Assembly (NCBI GenBank): GCA_014905635.1 | Contig: JABVCE010000009.1 | Span: 868,001 to 932,000 of the forward strand | Direction of reading: 5' to 3' | DNA from: Scenedesmus sp. PABB004 | Lineage: Eukaryota | DNA length: 64,000 nt | Shown: in pieces, positions 1 through 10,429 of the stretch | How positions within the stretch are numbered: the stretch's first letter is position 1 | Layout: each line of letters starts with the position of its first letter | The notes under the pieces: generated by a model | Databases searched by the model: none | What the model was told of the DNA's origin: nothing | What the model saw: the letters and a program-made list of their open reading frames with translations, nothing else | Program-made: the position numbers and the translations under genes

Positions 1-34
1 AGCAGGCAGCGCGTCGCAGCGCTGCGGCGCTCGC

Positions 35-407
35 TCAGCGCCGCTGCCATTCCCGGCCGCGCTGCGACTCCCGGTCTGGCTGCCCGTCCCTGCCGCCGCG
101 CGGCCGGTCGCCGCCGCCCGCCCTGCCGCGGCTGGCCTCGTCGGCGGCGCGCGGCGGCGTGCGCTGCCGGGGCGGCGCGCTGCCGCAGCTGCTGCTGGTG
201 CCTGGCCTGCCGCTGCGGCCCGGCCGCTGCCGCTCGGGGCTCCTGCTGCTGGGGCTCCGGCTGCGCTTGGCGCCGGTGCCAGCACCCCTGTGCTGCTGCT
301 CCTGCTCGCCGTTGTGCGGGGCGCCCGCCGTCACGTCCCGCAGTGCGCCCGGGCCGCCACCCCCAGGCTGCCGGTGCTGCTGGTGCGCTGGCGGCGGCCC
401 CCGGGGG

Positions 408-478
<71 letters not shown>

Positions 479-1247
479 GTGCTGCTGCGACGGCGGCGGG
501 GGCCGCTGCGCCAGCTGCGGCGCCGCCCGCCCGCCGGCCGCCGCGCCACGCTGCTGCTGCTGCCCGCCGCCGCCGCTGCCGCGCGCCGCCTGCGCCTTGA
601 GCGTGACCAGCTCGAGCCGCGACGCCGAGAGCTGCGCCGCGTGGCGCTTGAGCTCCGCCTGCGCCGTCTTGAAGAGGCTGCTCATGTTGGTCAGGAGCAC
701 CAGGCGCTCCGCCGACAGCTGCTGCACCTGTGGCGGCCGCGGCAGGTCGGGGCGGCGCGGCCGCTGGCGGGCGACGCCGGGCCGGCCGCGCCGCCGCCGC
801 ACCTGCGCGTCCCGCGCGGCCAGCTCGGCGCGCAGCTCGTCGAGCGCCGCATCGCGCGCCGCCAGCTCCTCCCGCAGCTGCGGCAGCGCCGGGGCGACCG
901 GGCGTCGGCGCAAGCCAGGCCGGCCGGCGGCCGTGCCGCGCCGCCCCTGCGCCGCCGCCGCGCGGCGCGCACCTCAGCGAGCTGCTCGCGCTGCTGCCGC
1001 ACGACGATGCCCTCGCGCTCGGCGTCGCCGTCGTCCGCCCAGCCTGCGGAGCGGCGGTCCGGGTCGATCGCCACACGCCGGGCGGGCGGGCGCGGCCGCA
1101 GGGTGCCTCACCGCCCTCCAGGCCGGCGTAGAGGTCTGCGGCATCGTCAGACTCCGCTGCCGCCTCGCCGGCGGCCCCCGGCGGGAGGGGCGCGGTCGGG
1201 TCGGCCAGAATGCATTCTGGGGCCACTGGTGACGGCGCCAGCGCCAT
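35..1247 (-). CDS. FLASH/CASP8AP2 N-terminal-like coiled-coil protein with polyQ tail (4 exons: 1247-1112, 1043-973, 877-803, 727-35)
   Basis: Spliced translation MALAPSPV...ESDDAADLYAGLEG/GWADD...REQLAE/LREELAARD...RDAQ/VQQLSAERLVLLTNMSSLFKTAQAELKRH. All introns are GT-AG and in phase. The DLYAGL and NxSxLxKTAxxExxR motifs resemble the FLASH N-terminus (recalled, not searched). Confidence 0.65.
408..475. repeat. (CTG/CAG)n trinucleotide tract encoding polyQ on the minus strand
   Basis: Uninterrupted tgc repeats in the last exon of the 35-1247 gene. Confidence 0.95.
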
Positions 1248-1577
1248 GACCCGGGGCGCCGGGGATGCGCCCGGCGGGCGGCGGCGCCGGCAGCGGCCGC
1301 GGCAGCAGCTGGCGCGGTGCAGGCAGGGCCCGGCGGCGTGTCGTCGCCCCGGTGGGTGCCGTGGCTCTTTGTGCGCGGCAGCGGCTGCGGGGAGCGGCAC
1401 ACGGCATTGTGTCACGCTCGTGCCCGCCCAGTCGAACGCCGCCGGCGGCGGTGCGGCTCGCGCCGGCCAGAGTCCCCTGCGCAACGCGCATCCCTCTCGT
1501 CCCGGCACGCTGCCGGCTGGTGTCTGAGCCGGCCGTGAGGAAGCGCCGCCGCGGTCAACCCAATCGCCCGGCGGTCG

Positions 1578-3484
1578 ATGGGCTGCGCGCTGTCGCGCGG
1601 CCGCCGCCGCGCGCGCGCCTACGTGGCGCCGCGCGACGCCGGCGACGCGCCGCCGCCGCGCAAGGTGCGCCGGCAGCGTGCGCGCGGCGGCCGCGGCTCG
1701 CTCCCGTGCAGCCTGACCTCGCGCCGCTGCGCGCCCCGCAGGCCGCGCACCGCTGCTGCTGCATCACGGCGGACGCGCGGGAGCGGGCGGCAGCAGAAGC
1801 GGCGGCGCCGGCCGGCGGCGCCGCCGCGCTAGGGCCGCGCGCCGCGCCAGCTGCTGCTCCCCCCAGGCAGCGCCTGGACCAAGCCGACTTCACCTTCTCT
1901 GGCCTACGCGGCGCGACCGCCGTGAAGCTGCCGGGGTGCGCGCGCGCCCCTGCGCACGCCGCGCGGCAGCCCAGGCCCGCGGCACGCCGTCGCACGCCGC
2001 GGCCTCACGTGCCGCGCCCCGCGCGCCGCGCGCAGCTCGGTCAACGGTCAGCAGTTCATCATTGAGGACTGCCAGGTGGGCGCGGCCGCTCTTCCCGCTG
2101 CCCCAGCCGCTGCCCCCGCTGCCCCGGCCGCCCCCGCTGCTGGGATGCCCCTGCCCCGCGTCCCACGCGCCGCGCTCGCCGCCGGCGCCGCCCGCAGGGC
2201 TGCCGCCTGTACGTGCTTGACCGCTGCGCGATGGTCACCGTCGACGACTGCAGCGACTGCGACATCTTCCTGGGCCCAACGGAGAGCAGGTGCGGGGCGG
2301 CAGCGGATCTCTGGAGCGCCGCCGCGCCCATGCCAGCCGGCGGTCGCGCCCGCGCCAGCGCGCCACGCGCCGCCGACGCCCGGCCGCTGCCCCGCAGCGT
2401 GTTTGTGCGCGGCTGCGCCGACGTGCGGCTCGCGGCGACGGCGCGGCAGCTGCGCACACGCGACTGCGTGCGCTGCGACCTGCTGCTCGCGGCGCGCACG
2501 CGGCCAATCATTGAGGGCAGCACCGAGCTGCGGCTCGGCTGCCTGGCCTGCCCCTACGCGGGGCTGGCCGCCCAGCTCGCGGCGGCGCAGCTGAGCCCCT
2601 TTCACAACTTCTGGAGCGACGTGTTTGACTTCACGCCGCCGGCGGCAGCGGCGGCTGAGCCTGGCTGCGCGGGCGACAAGGCCCCACCGCCGCGGCGCAA
2701 CTGGGCGCTGCTACCGGGCACGGGCCTGGCGCAGCTGATGCGGCACAGCGTGCCGGACGCTGTGGCGCCGCTGCTGGCGCCGCCGGCGCCGGCGTCAGAC
2801 GGCGACTCGCAACGGCTGGCAGAGTCACGGCAAGCAGATGCAGCAGAGCCGGACCAGCCGGCTGTGCCGGGAGAGGCGGGTGCGCCGGAGGCAGGAGAGC
2901 CGCTCGCCCAACTCGAGCAGGCGGCGGCGCAGCCTCAGTCAGAGCAGGCGGTGCAGCCGGAGCAGGCGGCGCAGGAGCAGGCAGAGCAGCGGCAAGCAGC
3001 GGCGGCGGCGGCGGCGGCGGCACAGCAGGAGCAGCGGGCGGGCCCGTGGAGTGCCGACCGCCTGGCCGCACTTGCGACGGCCGGTGAAGCCGTGGCGGCC
3101 GAGGCGCTGCCCCAGGGCTGCTTCGTGTTTGTGCTGTTCCAGCCCGGCGCGCACGGTGCGGCACTGGCCTGGGTGGCCCAGCAGTGCGGTGGCTGTGCGG
3201 ACGGCGGCGGCGGTAGGGCGCCACCCCCGGTGGCCACGCTGCTGCGCACCAACGAGGCCCCGCTGCCGCCCGAGCTGGTGCCGCGGCTCGCGGCGGCGGC
3301 GGGATGGAACGAGGCGGAGGTGCGGCCGCTGGCCGGCGGCAGCGGCGGCGCGGTCGTCGGCCTGGAGCTGGCTGCAGCCGCCGACCCCAGCGCGGTGCGC
3401 GCGTCCGCCGCCGCCCTGGGCGCGCTGACCACGGGCAGCGTCGCCGCCGCCAAGCTGTTCCGGCACCTGGGAACCGACGGCTGA
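1578..3484 (+). CDS. RP2: RP2/XRP2-like protein (TBCC/C-CAP domain; ARL3 GAP family), multi-exon
   Basis: N-terminus MGCALSR (myristoyl/palmitoyl motif). Exons read DFTFSGLRGATAVKLPG / SVNGQQFIIEDC / VTVDDCSDCDIFLGP / SVFVRGC..RQLRTRDC..TRPIIEGS..FHNFWSDVFDFTP. Confidence 0.88.
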
Positions 3485-3665
3485 TCCGTTCTTGGTGGGG
3501 GCGGCTTGGGCGGCGTCACTGCTAGTGCCGCTGCAAGCGTGACCGGCGCAGGGCACAGGGCTCAACGTCGCCGCGCGCAGCGCGGCGAGCCTGATCCTGA
3601 GGCTCCCATAAGCACGCCGGGTGCGATCGACTCGCAGCGGAGCGGCAGTTGCTCGCGCGCTAGGG

Positions 3666-6595
3666 ATGAGGGCGATCGTGCTGCTGCTGGCGCTGGCGCT
3701 CGTCGCCAGGCTGGCTGACGGTGCGTGTTATGAGCGCGGAGCAGCGAGCGCGGCGGCCAGGCGCGCGGTGCAGCAGCGGCGCGCGGGGGAGCAGCAGCAT
3801 GGGCGGAGCGCTCGCGAGCTCTCGCGCTCAGCGCCCGAGCCAGTGGGCCCGCCGGGCGAGCTCTAGCGAGGTCGTGAGTCTCCGGCGCTCAGCTGGAGCG
3901 CGATCACGCAGCCATTCTTTGCTCGCCAGGGGCAGTTGACGCGACCTCGCCTCTGCTCAAGCAGCGGCGCCGCCGGTGCCGCCGCCGCGGCGCGAGCGGC
4001 GGGCCCCGCCAGCGCCTGCCGCGGCCGGCCACAGCTGAGGCTGAAGCGATGGGCCACTCCAGGGCTGCTGACGGCCCGCCCGCTCCCGCCGCCGCCGCAG
4101 CCGGCAGCGACGCCGCAGCCGGGACCGACGCCGCGGAGCGGCTCGCGACGCCCTGCGTGCGCCTGCTGGGCAACAGCGAGATGCTCGGCGACAAGTGCAG
4201 CGGCGGCACCTACGTCGACCAGACCGACAACCGCGCGGGCGACATCACACGCCTGCAGTGAGCGCGGCGCGGCGCGCCGGACGGGGATATGTGGGACGCG
4301 CGCCGCCCGCCCCACACGCCCACCGCCGCGTCCTGCCGGGCCTCAACCCGGACGCGCGCGCGCCTCGCATCCGCCGCAGCCTTTACTACGACGGCAGCTG
4401 CGTGACGGGGTTTAAGCCGCAGTACGGCTTCCTCCCGGCCGACGCTCGCCTCATCGGCAGCGCCGGCGGCGAGGCGCGCGAGCTGCGCTTCCCGCCCCGC
4501 GACCACATCAAGACCGTGGAGGCGCGCGTGGGGCCGAGGTGCGGCGCGCGCGTGCGCGCGCGCACGGGTTTTGAGGCGCCGCCTGCCAGGCGACGCGTGG
4601 CCACGCGCCTAGCACGCCCATGCGCGCCCGCCCGCCCGCCCGCTCGGCCGCCCGCCCGCAGCTGCATCGAGTACGTGAAGGTCACCACGGTGGCGGGCAA
4701 GGAGCTGGCGCTCGGCAAGGCCGGCCCCGGGGCGACGCTTCTGTCGCCGCCCGTTCCTGGAGGCTACGTGTGGGCATTCCGGGGCTGGCAGGCCGGGCGC
4801 ATGTGCCAGCTGCAGGTCATATGGGCCGTCGGTGAGCGCGCCGGCGCCGCGGGCGCACGGGGTGGCGCCGCGGCGCGCCGGGCTCCGCGCCGCCTCACCC
4901 GCGCCGCGCCGCGCCGCGCCGCAGAGGACTGCGCCGCCACCGCCACTGCGGTCGCGGCCGCCGTGCCCAAGCCGGTCGAAAAGGTGGTGGAGAAGGTCGT
5001 CGAGGTGCGGGCCAGCCTGCAGCTGTGGGCCACAGCCGGCAGAGCGCCGCCTTGCGCGCGCGCGCAGCGCCGCCCACCCTCGGCTCGCCCCTCGCAGGTG
5101 AAGAAGGTCGTCGAGGTGCCGACGCCGGTCCCAGTGCCGACCCCGGTGCCTGTCCCGACACCGGTCCCGGTCCCGGTGCGGCGCGGGCCTGCCGCGCTGC
5201 GAGCGGCGCGGCGGTGGCGGCTGCGTGACGCGCCGCGCGCTGCCGCCCCGCAGGTGCCGACGCCGGTCGAGAAGATTGTGGAAAAGGTGGTGGAGGTGAA
5301 GAAGGAAGTTCCCACGCCGGTCCCGGTCCCGGTGCGGCGCGGCGGCGCGCCGCGCGCCGCGCGGCGGGACGGCCGCGCGCGCGCTCCGCCGCGCTCCGCC
5401 GCCACCGCCGCGCCGCGCTTGCTCACGCGCAGACGCCGGTCGAGAAGGTTGTGGAGAAGATCGTGGAGGTGAAGAAGGAGATTCCGGTCGAAAAGGTGGT
5501 CGAGAAGATCATCGAGGTCAAGAAGGAGGTCCCCGTCGAGAAGGTCGTTGAGAAGATCATTGAGGTCAAGAAGGAGATCCCAGTCGAAAAGGTGGTCGAG
5601 AAGATCGTCGAGGTGCGGCCGGGGCGGGCCGAGCGGCGAACGCGGCGCGCCCGCGTCGGCGACGCGCGCGGCGCGCGTGACGCTCGCCGCGTGAGCGCGC
5701 CGCCAGGGTTTAGGCTAACCCTAGCCGCTAAACCCTGACCCGCGCAGGTGAAGAAGGAGGTGCCGGTCCCGACGCCGGTGCCGGTCCCGACGCCGGTGCC
5801 TGTCCCGACGCCGGTGCCTGTCCCGACGCCGGTGCCAGTGCCGGTTGAGAAGATCGTGGAGAAGGTGGTGGAGGTGAAGAAGGTCGTCGAGGTCCCCACG
5901 CCCGTCCCAGTGCCGGTCCCTGTTCCCACGCCCGTCCCCGTGCCGGTGCCCACGCCCGTGCCGGTGCGCGCCGCTGCGCGGCCGCCGCAGCGCGCGCGGC
6001 GCGCGCGGCGTGCGCGATGCGCGCGGCGCGCGCGGCGTGCGCGACGCGCGCGGCGCGCGGGCGTGCTGACGCGCGCCCCGCGCGCGCCCCGCCGCAGGCG
6101 CCCGCGCCGGTGGCCAGGCCGACGGCGCCGGCGGGCCTGTGCGGCGCGGGCGCGGTGCTGACGACGTTCACCGCCTCGCCGTCGGCGAGCTGCGCGCTCG
6201 CGCGCGCGGGCGAGGTCGAGGGCGTGCTGGTGACGTCGAGCCCCGCCGGCGCGGTGTCGGGCGGGCGCTGCTGGACGGTGTCGTGCGGCTCCACGCAGTT
6301 CGCCACGCGCGACAGCGTGCCGGCCGCGCCGCCGGCGCCGCCGACAGACGCGTACGGCCACCCCTTGCCACTGCTGGGCAAGGGCCGCCGCCTGGCGGGC
6401 GCGGAGGGCGCCAAGGACGCCAACGCGGCGAGCGGCGCCGACTGGCTCTTCCCTGGGCTGGGCAAGGGCAAGGGCGGCGGCGCGCCCGCGGCCGCGGCGG
6501 CGCGCTGCTTTGCCGTGTGCGCGGTGAGCTCAGGCGGCGCGTCCACGTCGGCGGCGGCGGCCGGCAACGACGGCGATGACGACCGCCGGCGGTGA
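3666..6595 (+). CDS. Secreted protein A: signal peptide + jacalin-like lectin domain + VEKVVE/VPTPVP repeats + C-terminal Cys domain
   Basis: MRAIVLLLALALVARLAD signal peptide. Beta-prism-like segments (CVTGFKPQYG, HIKTVEARVG, CIEYVKVTT..G, YVWAFRG). Many mini-exons carry EKIVEVKKE and VPTPVP. Stop after DDDRRR. Confidence 0.75.
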
Positions 6596-6626
6596 CGACG
6601 CGCTACCAGGCGCGACGCTCCTGTGA

Positions 6627-6804
6627 GCGAGCTGGTGACCGGACGCCGGGTCGCGCGCTCGCGCTCGAGCGTTGAGGCAACCGCTGCCTCGTCGGCTGTC
6701 GCAGCCAGGGCCCGCGCCGCTCGTGCTGTGAACGCTCGGCCGCCCAGCCGCAATCCCCGCAGCAGTTGTTTGTCCGCTTGCGGCCAGTTTCCGCAGACAT
6801 CTCT
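6627..6804 (+). repeat. Inverted-repeat copy 1 (partner at 10156-10339)
   Basis: gcgctcgagcgttgaggcaacc...ggccagtttccgcagacatctct is close to the reverse complement of the 10156-10339 segment. Confidence 0.9.
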
Positions 6805-7112
6805 CGAGGGGCCGGCACCGCAGACGGCGGTTGTCGCCCCCTGACGGCGCCGCTCGCTGAACCCACCCGGCGCCCCTTCAGCCACCCGCGCGCGCGCGGT
6901 GAGCTCGCAAGCTGTCGCGGAACTCCCCCAAACCACATCCGCGCTGTTTGGGGCCGCCCGCGCGCCAAGTCGCTGCCGTTGCTGTCGAGCCGCGCCGCGA
7001 CGTCGGTCACTCTCGCGGGCCCAGCGTTGCCCACGGAGCATCACAGATCACTGCAGACGCCGATCAGACGCTCGCCGCCAGCGCCCGGGCCCGGAGGGGG
7101 CGGGGGCGCGCC

Positions 7113-10088
7113 ATGGGCGCGCGCTCGAGCGCGGGCCTGCTGGCGCTGGCGCTGCTGGCGCTGACGGTCCGCCAGACGCACGGTGAGCTGACCCGCAGTC
7201 GCAGGAACAGCGCGTGCGAGACTGCCGAGCAGCCGGGCCCGCGGCCAGCCCGCCGCCCAGCGCGGAGCTGCTCGCTGCGCCCACTCGCGCCGGGGGCAGG
7301 CGCCCACGTCCGGGGGGAGGCCGCTCCAGCCAGACCCTTGGGACGCGGCACCGCCCCCTTCGCGCGCGCGCGCGCACGCGCGCGCGCGCGCCCAGCCGCG
7401 CCGCCGCCGCCCGCGCAGCCTGGTGCGCGGTCGTCGTGGGGACGGCGGGGCCGTACGGCACGCCCTGCGGCGCGATGTTCAGCCAGATCGACCGCAACAC
7501 GACGTGGCACATGAAGAAGCTCAACGCCTACGTGTCCGACGGCTGCGTGAGCGGGCTCAAGGTCCAGTTTGGCTACTCGCCGCTGACCGCGCAGCTGCTC
7601 GGTGTCGAGAAAGGCGCCGAGAGCCACGTCGAGATGGGCGACAGCGAGTACATCACGGGCGTGGAGATCCGGGTCGGCGCCAAGTGCATCGAGCTGCTGC
7701 GCTTCAAGACGAGCAAGGGCCAGACGCTGACCGCAGGCGAGGGCAGCGGCAAGCCCGTGCCCAAGCCGCGGGAGAACGCCTACGTGTTTGGCTTCAAAGG
7801 CTACGCCGCGGGTGCGCGGCGGCGTGGCGGGACGGGGGCGCGGCGGCGCGGCGCGCCCGGGCAGGGCAGCGTGCCCGCTTATACGCAGCGCACCCACCCG
7901 CCCACCGCCACGCCCGCCGCCAGGCCTCTGCGCGTACGGCCTGGGCCAGATCAGCTTCATTTGGGCAATCGAGGACTGCAACGCCACAAAGTCAACCGTG
8001 CAGAGCATCCCCGTGCCTGTGTGCGTGCGGCGCGCGCGGCGACGCGACGCGCGCGCCCGCCGCGCGCGCGCCCGTCCGCTCACGCGCGCCGCGCGCCGCC
8101 GCCGCGCAGGCCGGTCCCCACGCCCGTGCCGGTGCCCGTGCCCGTCCCAACGCCCGTGCCCGTGCCGCGGCCGGTGCCCAAGCCGGTGCGCGGCGGCGCG
8201 GCGCGGCGCGCCGTGCGCGTGGCAGCGCGGCGAAGCCGGATGACCTGACTGACTGCCTCGCCGCACCGCGCCGCCATGGCCCCAGGTGCCCACGCCCGTC
8301 AACGTGACTGTTGAGGTCCCGACGCCGGTCCCGGTGCCGGTGCGCCTGCTGCCAGTGCTGACGCCCGGCCGCGCGCCGGCAGCAGCGCCGGCCGCCTGCT
8401 CACGCCCTCTCGCCGCGCCCGCAGACGCCGACGCCGGTCCCGACCCCCGTGGAGGTGCCAACCCCAGTGCCGGTGAGCCGCGCGATCATGGCTGCGCGCA
8501 GCACCCCCGGGGTGCACGGAGCCTCGGAGCGCGGCGCCGTGCCGCGCTGGCTCATGCGCGGGCCGCCGCTCGCGCAGGTGCCGACGCCCGTCAACGTGAG
8601 CGTGCCGGTCCCGACCCCTGTTCCCGTGCCCACGCCGATGTGAGCGCCGCGCGCGAGCGCTGCGCGGGCTGCAGGCCCGCCGGCCCCCTCGCGCGCCCCG
8701 CGCTCACGTGCCGCGCCGCGCCGCGCAGGCCGGTGCCGACGCCCGTGCCCGTGCCCACTCCGGTGCCCGTGCCGACGCCGGTGCCCGTGCCGGGCCTGCC
8801 GAGCCCGCCGCCCGTCCCGCCGCCGGTCGTACCGCCCCCGCCGGGGCCGGCGCCGCTGCCACCGCCGCCGGTGCCTGTCACGGCGCTGTGTGACGCTGAC
8901 GAGGATCTCATGGTCTTCACCAGCTCCTCCAGCCTCGCCTGCGTGCTGCCCGACGCGGCCCCCGACACCAAGCTCGGCAGCGTCGTCGTGCTGAGCCCGG
9001 CGACCAAGTTCGGGTCATACGAGGGCCTGCGCTGCTATGACATGGGCTGCACCGCGGTCGTGATGCCGCCCGCGCCCGCGCCCGCGCCGGTGCCCGCGCC
9101 GGCGCCGGCGTCGTTCGGCAAGGGCGGCGGCGCGTGGGCGGCCGGCGGCAGCGGCGGGCGCGGGTACGCGCTGCCCGCGGTGCCGGCGCTCGACGGGGCC
9201 GTCGCGGTGTACAGCCCCGCCTGGGCGAGCGACGACGACGACGACGACGACGACCGCGACGGCGCCAACGCCGCGTACGCCCAGACGTACAGCTTCGGCA
9301 GCCCCACGCTCTACACCGGCCGCCGCCTAGCGGCCGCCGACGCGGCGGCGGGGCTCTGGCCCTTCAAGGGCGGCCTGCTCAAGGGCGTGAGCGTGGAGAT
9401 CACCAAGGGCCCCGCCGCGCCGCCGCCGCGGCTCGTCTACGTGCCCGTCCCGGTGCCGGTCGAGGTGCAGGTGCCGGTGGCCGTGCCGGCGCCGGCGCCG
9501 CCGCCGCCGGCGCAGTCAAAGTGCAGCTTCGCCATCTGCATCCCCCAGGGCTCGCTGCCGGCGCCGGGCCAGGGCGCCGCGGCGGCGGCGCAGGGCCAGG
9601 CCGGCCAGCAGTGGGCCCAGCCGGGCCAGGGCGCCGCGGCGGCGGCGCAGGGCCAGGCCGGCCAGCAGTGGCCGGCGCCGGGCCAGGGCGCCGCGATGGC
9701 GGCGCAGGGCCAGGCCGGCCAGCAGTGGGCCCAGCCGGGCCAGGGCGCCGTGATGGCGCAGGCTGGCCAGGCCGGCCAGCAGTGGGCCCAGCCCGGCCAG
9801 GGCGCCGCGATGGCGCAGGCTGGCCAGCAGTGGCCGCAGCAGGGCCAGCCGGCGGCGATGCAGGGCGGCCAGCAGTGGCAGCAGCAGGGCCAGCCGGCGG
9901 CGATGCAGGGCGGCCAGCAGTGGCAGCAGCCTGCGGCGCAGGCCCAGCAGCAGATGCCCCAGGCGCAGCAGGCGACGGCCCAGCAGGCGCAACAGTGGCA
10001 GATGCAGCAGCAGCAGATGGCGCAGGCGCAGGGCGGCCTGGCATACGGCCAGGCCGCCGCCGGCCAGGCCGCGCTGGGGCGCCGCTGA
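7113..10088 (+). CDS. Secreted protein B (paralog of A): signal peptide + jacalin-like domain + PVPTPV repeats + Cys domain + Gln/Gly/Trp repeats
   Basis: MGARSSAGLLALALLAL signal peptide. CVSGLKVQFG..EYITGVEIRVGAKCIELLRFKTSKGQT..YVFGFKG is jacalin-like. GQAGQQW repeats. Ends ALGRR*. Confidence 0.8.
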
Positions 10089-10155
10089 GCGGCGGCGACG
10101 AGAGGCGACTTGCAAACGAGGGGCGGCGGGGCGCACTGCAGCGGCTTTTGATTGC

Positions 10156-10339
10156 AGAGATGTCTGCGGAAACTGGCGGCAAGCGGGCAAACAACTGATG
10201 CGGGGACTGCGGCTGGGCGGCCGAGACGGCCGCCGCCGTTCGCAGCGCGAGCGGCGCGGGCCCTGGCTGCGACAGCCGACGAGGCAGGGGTTGCCTCAAC
10301 GCTCGAGCGCGCGCGTGCGACCCGAGGATGCCAGCTCGC
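10156..10339 (-). repeat. Inverted-repeat copy 2 (partner at 6627-6804)
   Basis: agagatgtctgcggaaactgg...ggttgcctcaacgctcgagcgc...ccagctcgc. Confidence 0.9.
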
Positions 10340-10429
10340 CGCCTCGCGCCGTGCTCAACTCAACTCTCGCAGCGCACATGTGCGCTAGAGTTGTACAACT
10401 CTCGCACCTCTCGCGCGCCCCGTCTGCGC

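Noticed and set aside
6627..10339. Autonomous DNA transposon defined by the inverted repeats
   Set aside because: No transposase and no target-site duplication are visible. Kept only as an inverted repeat.
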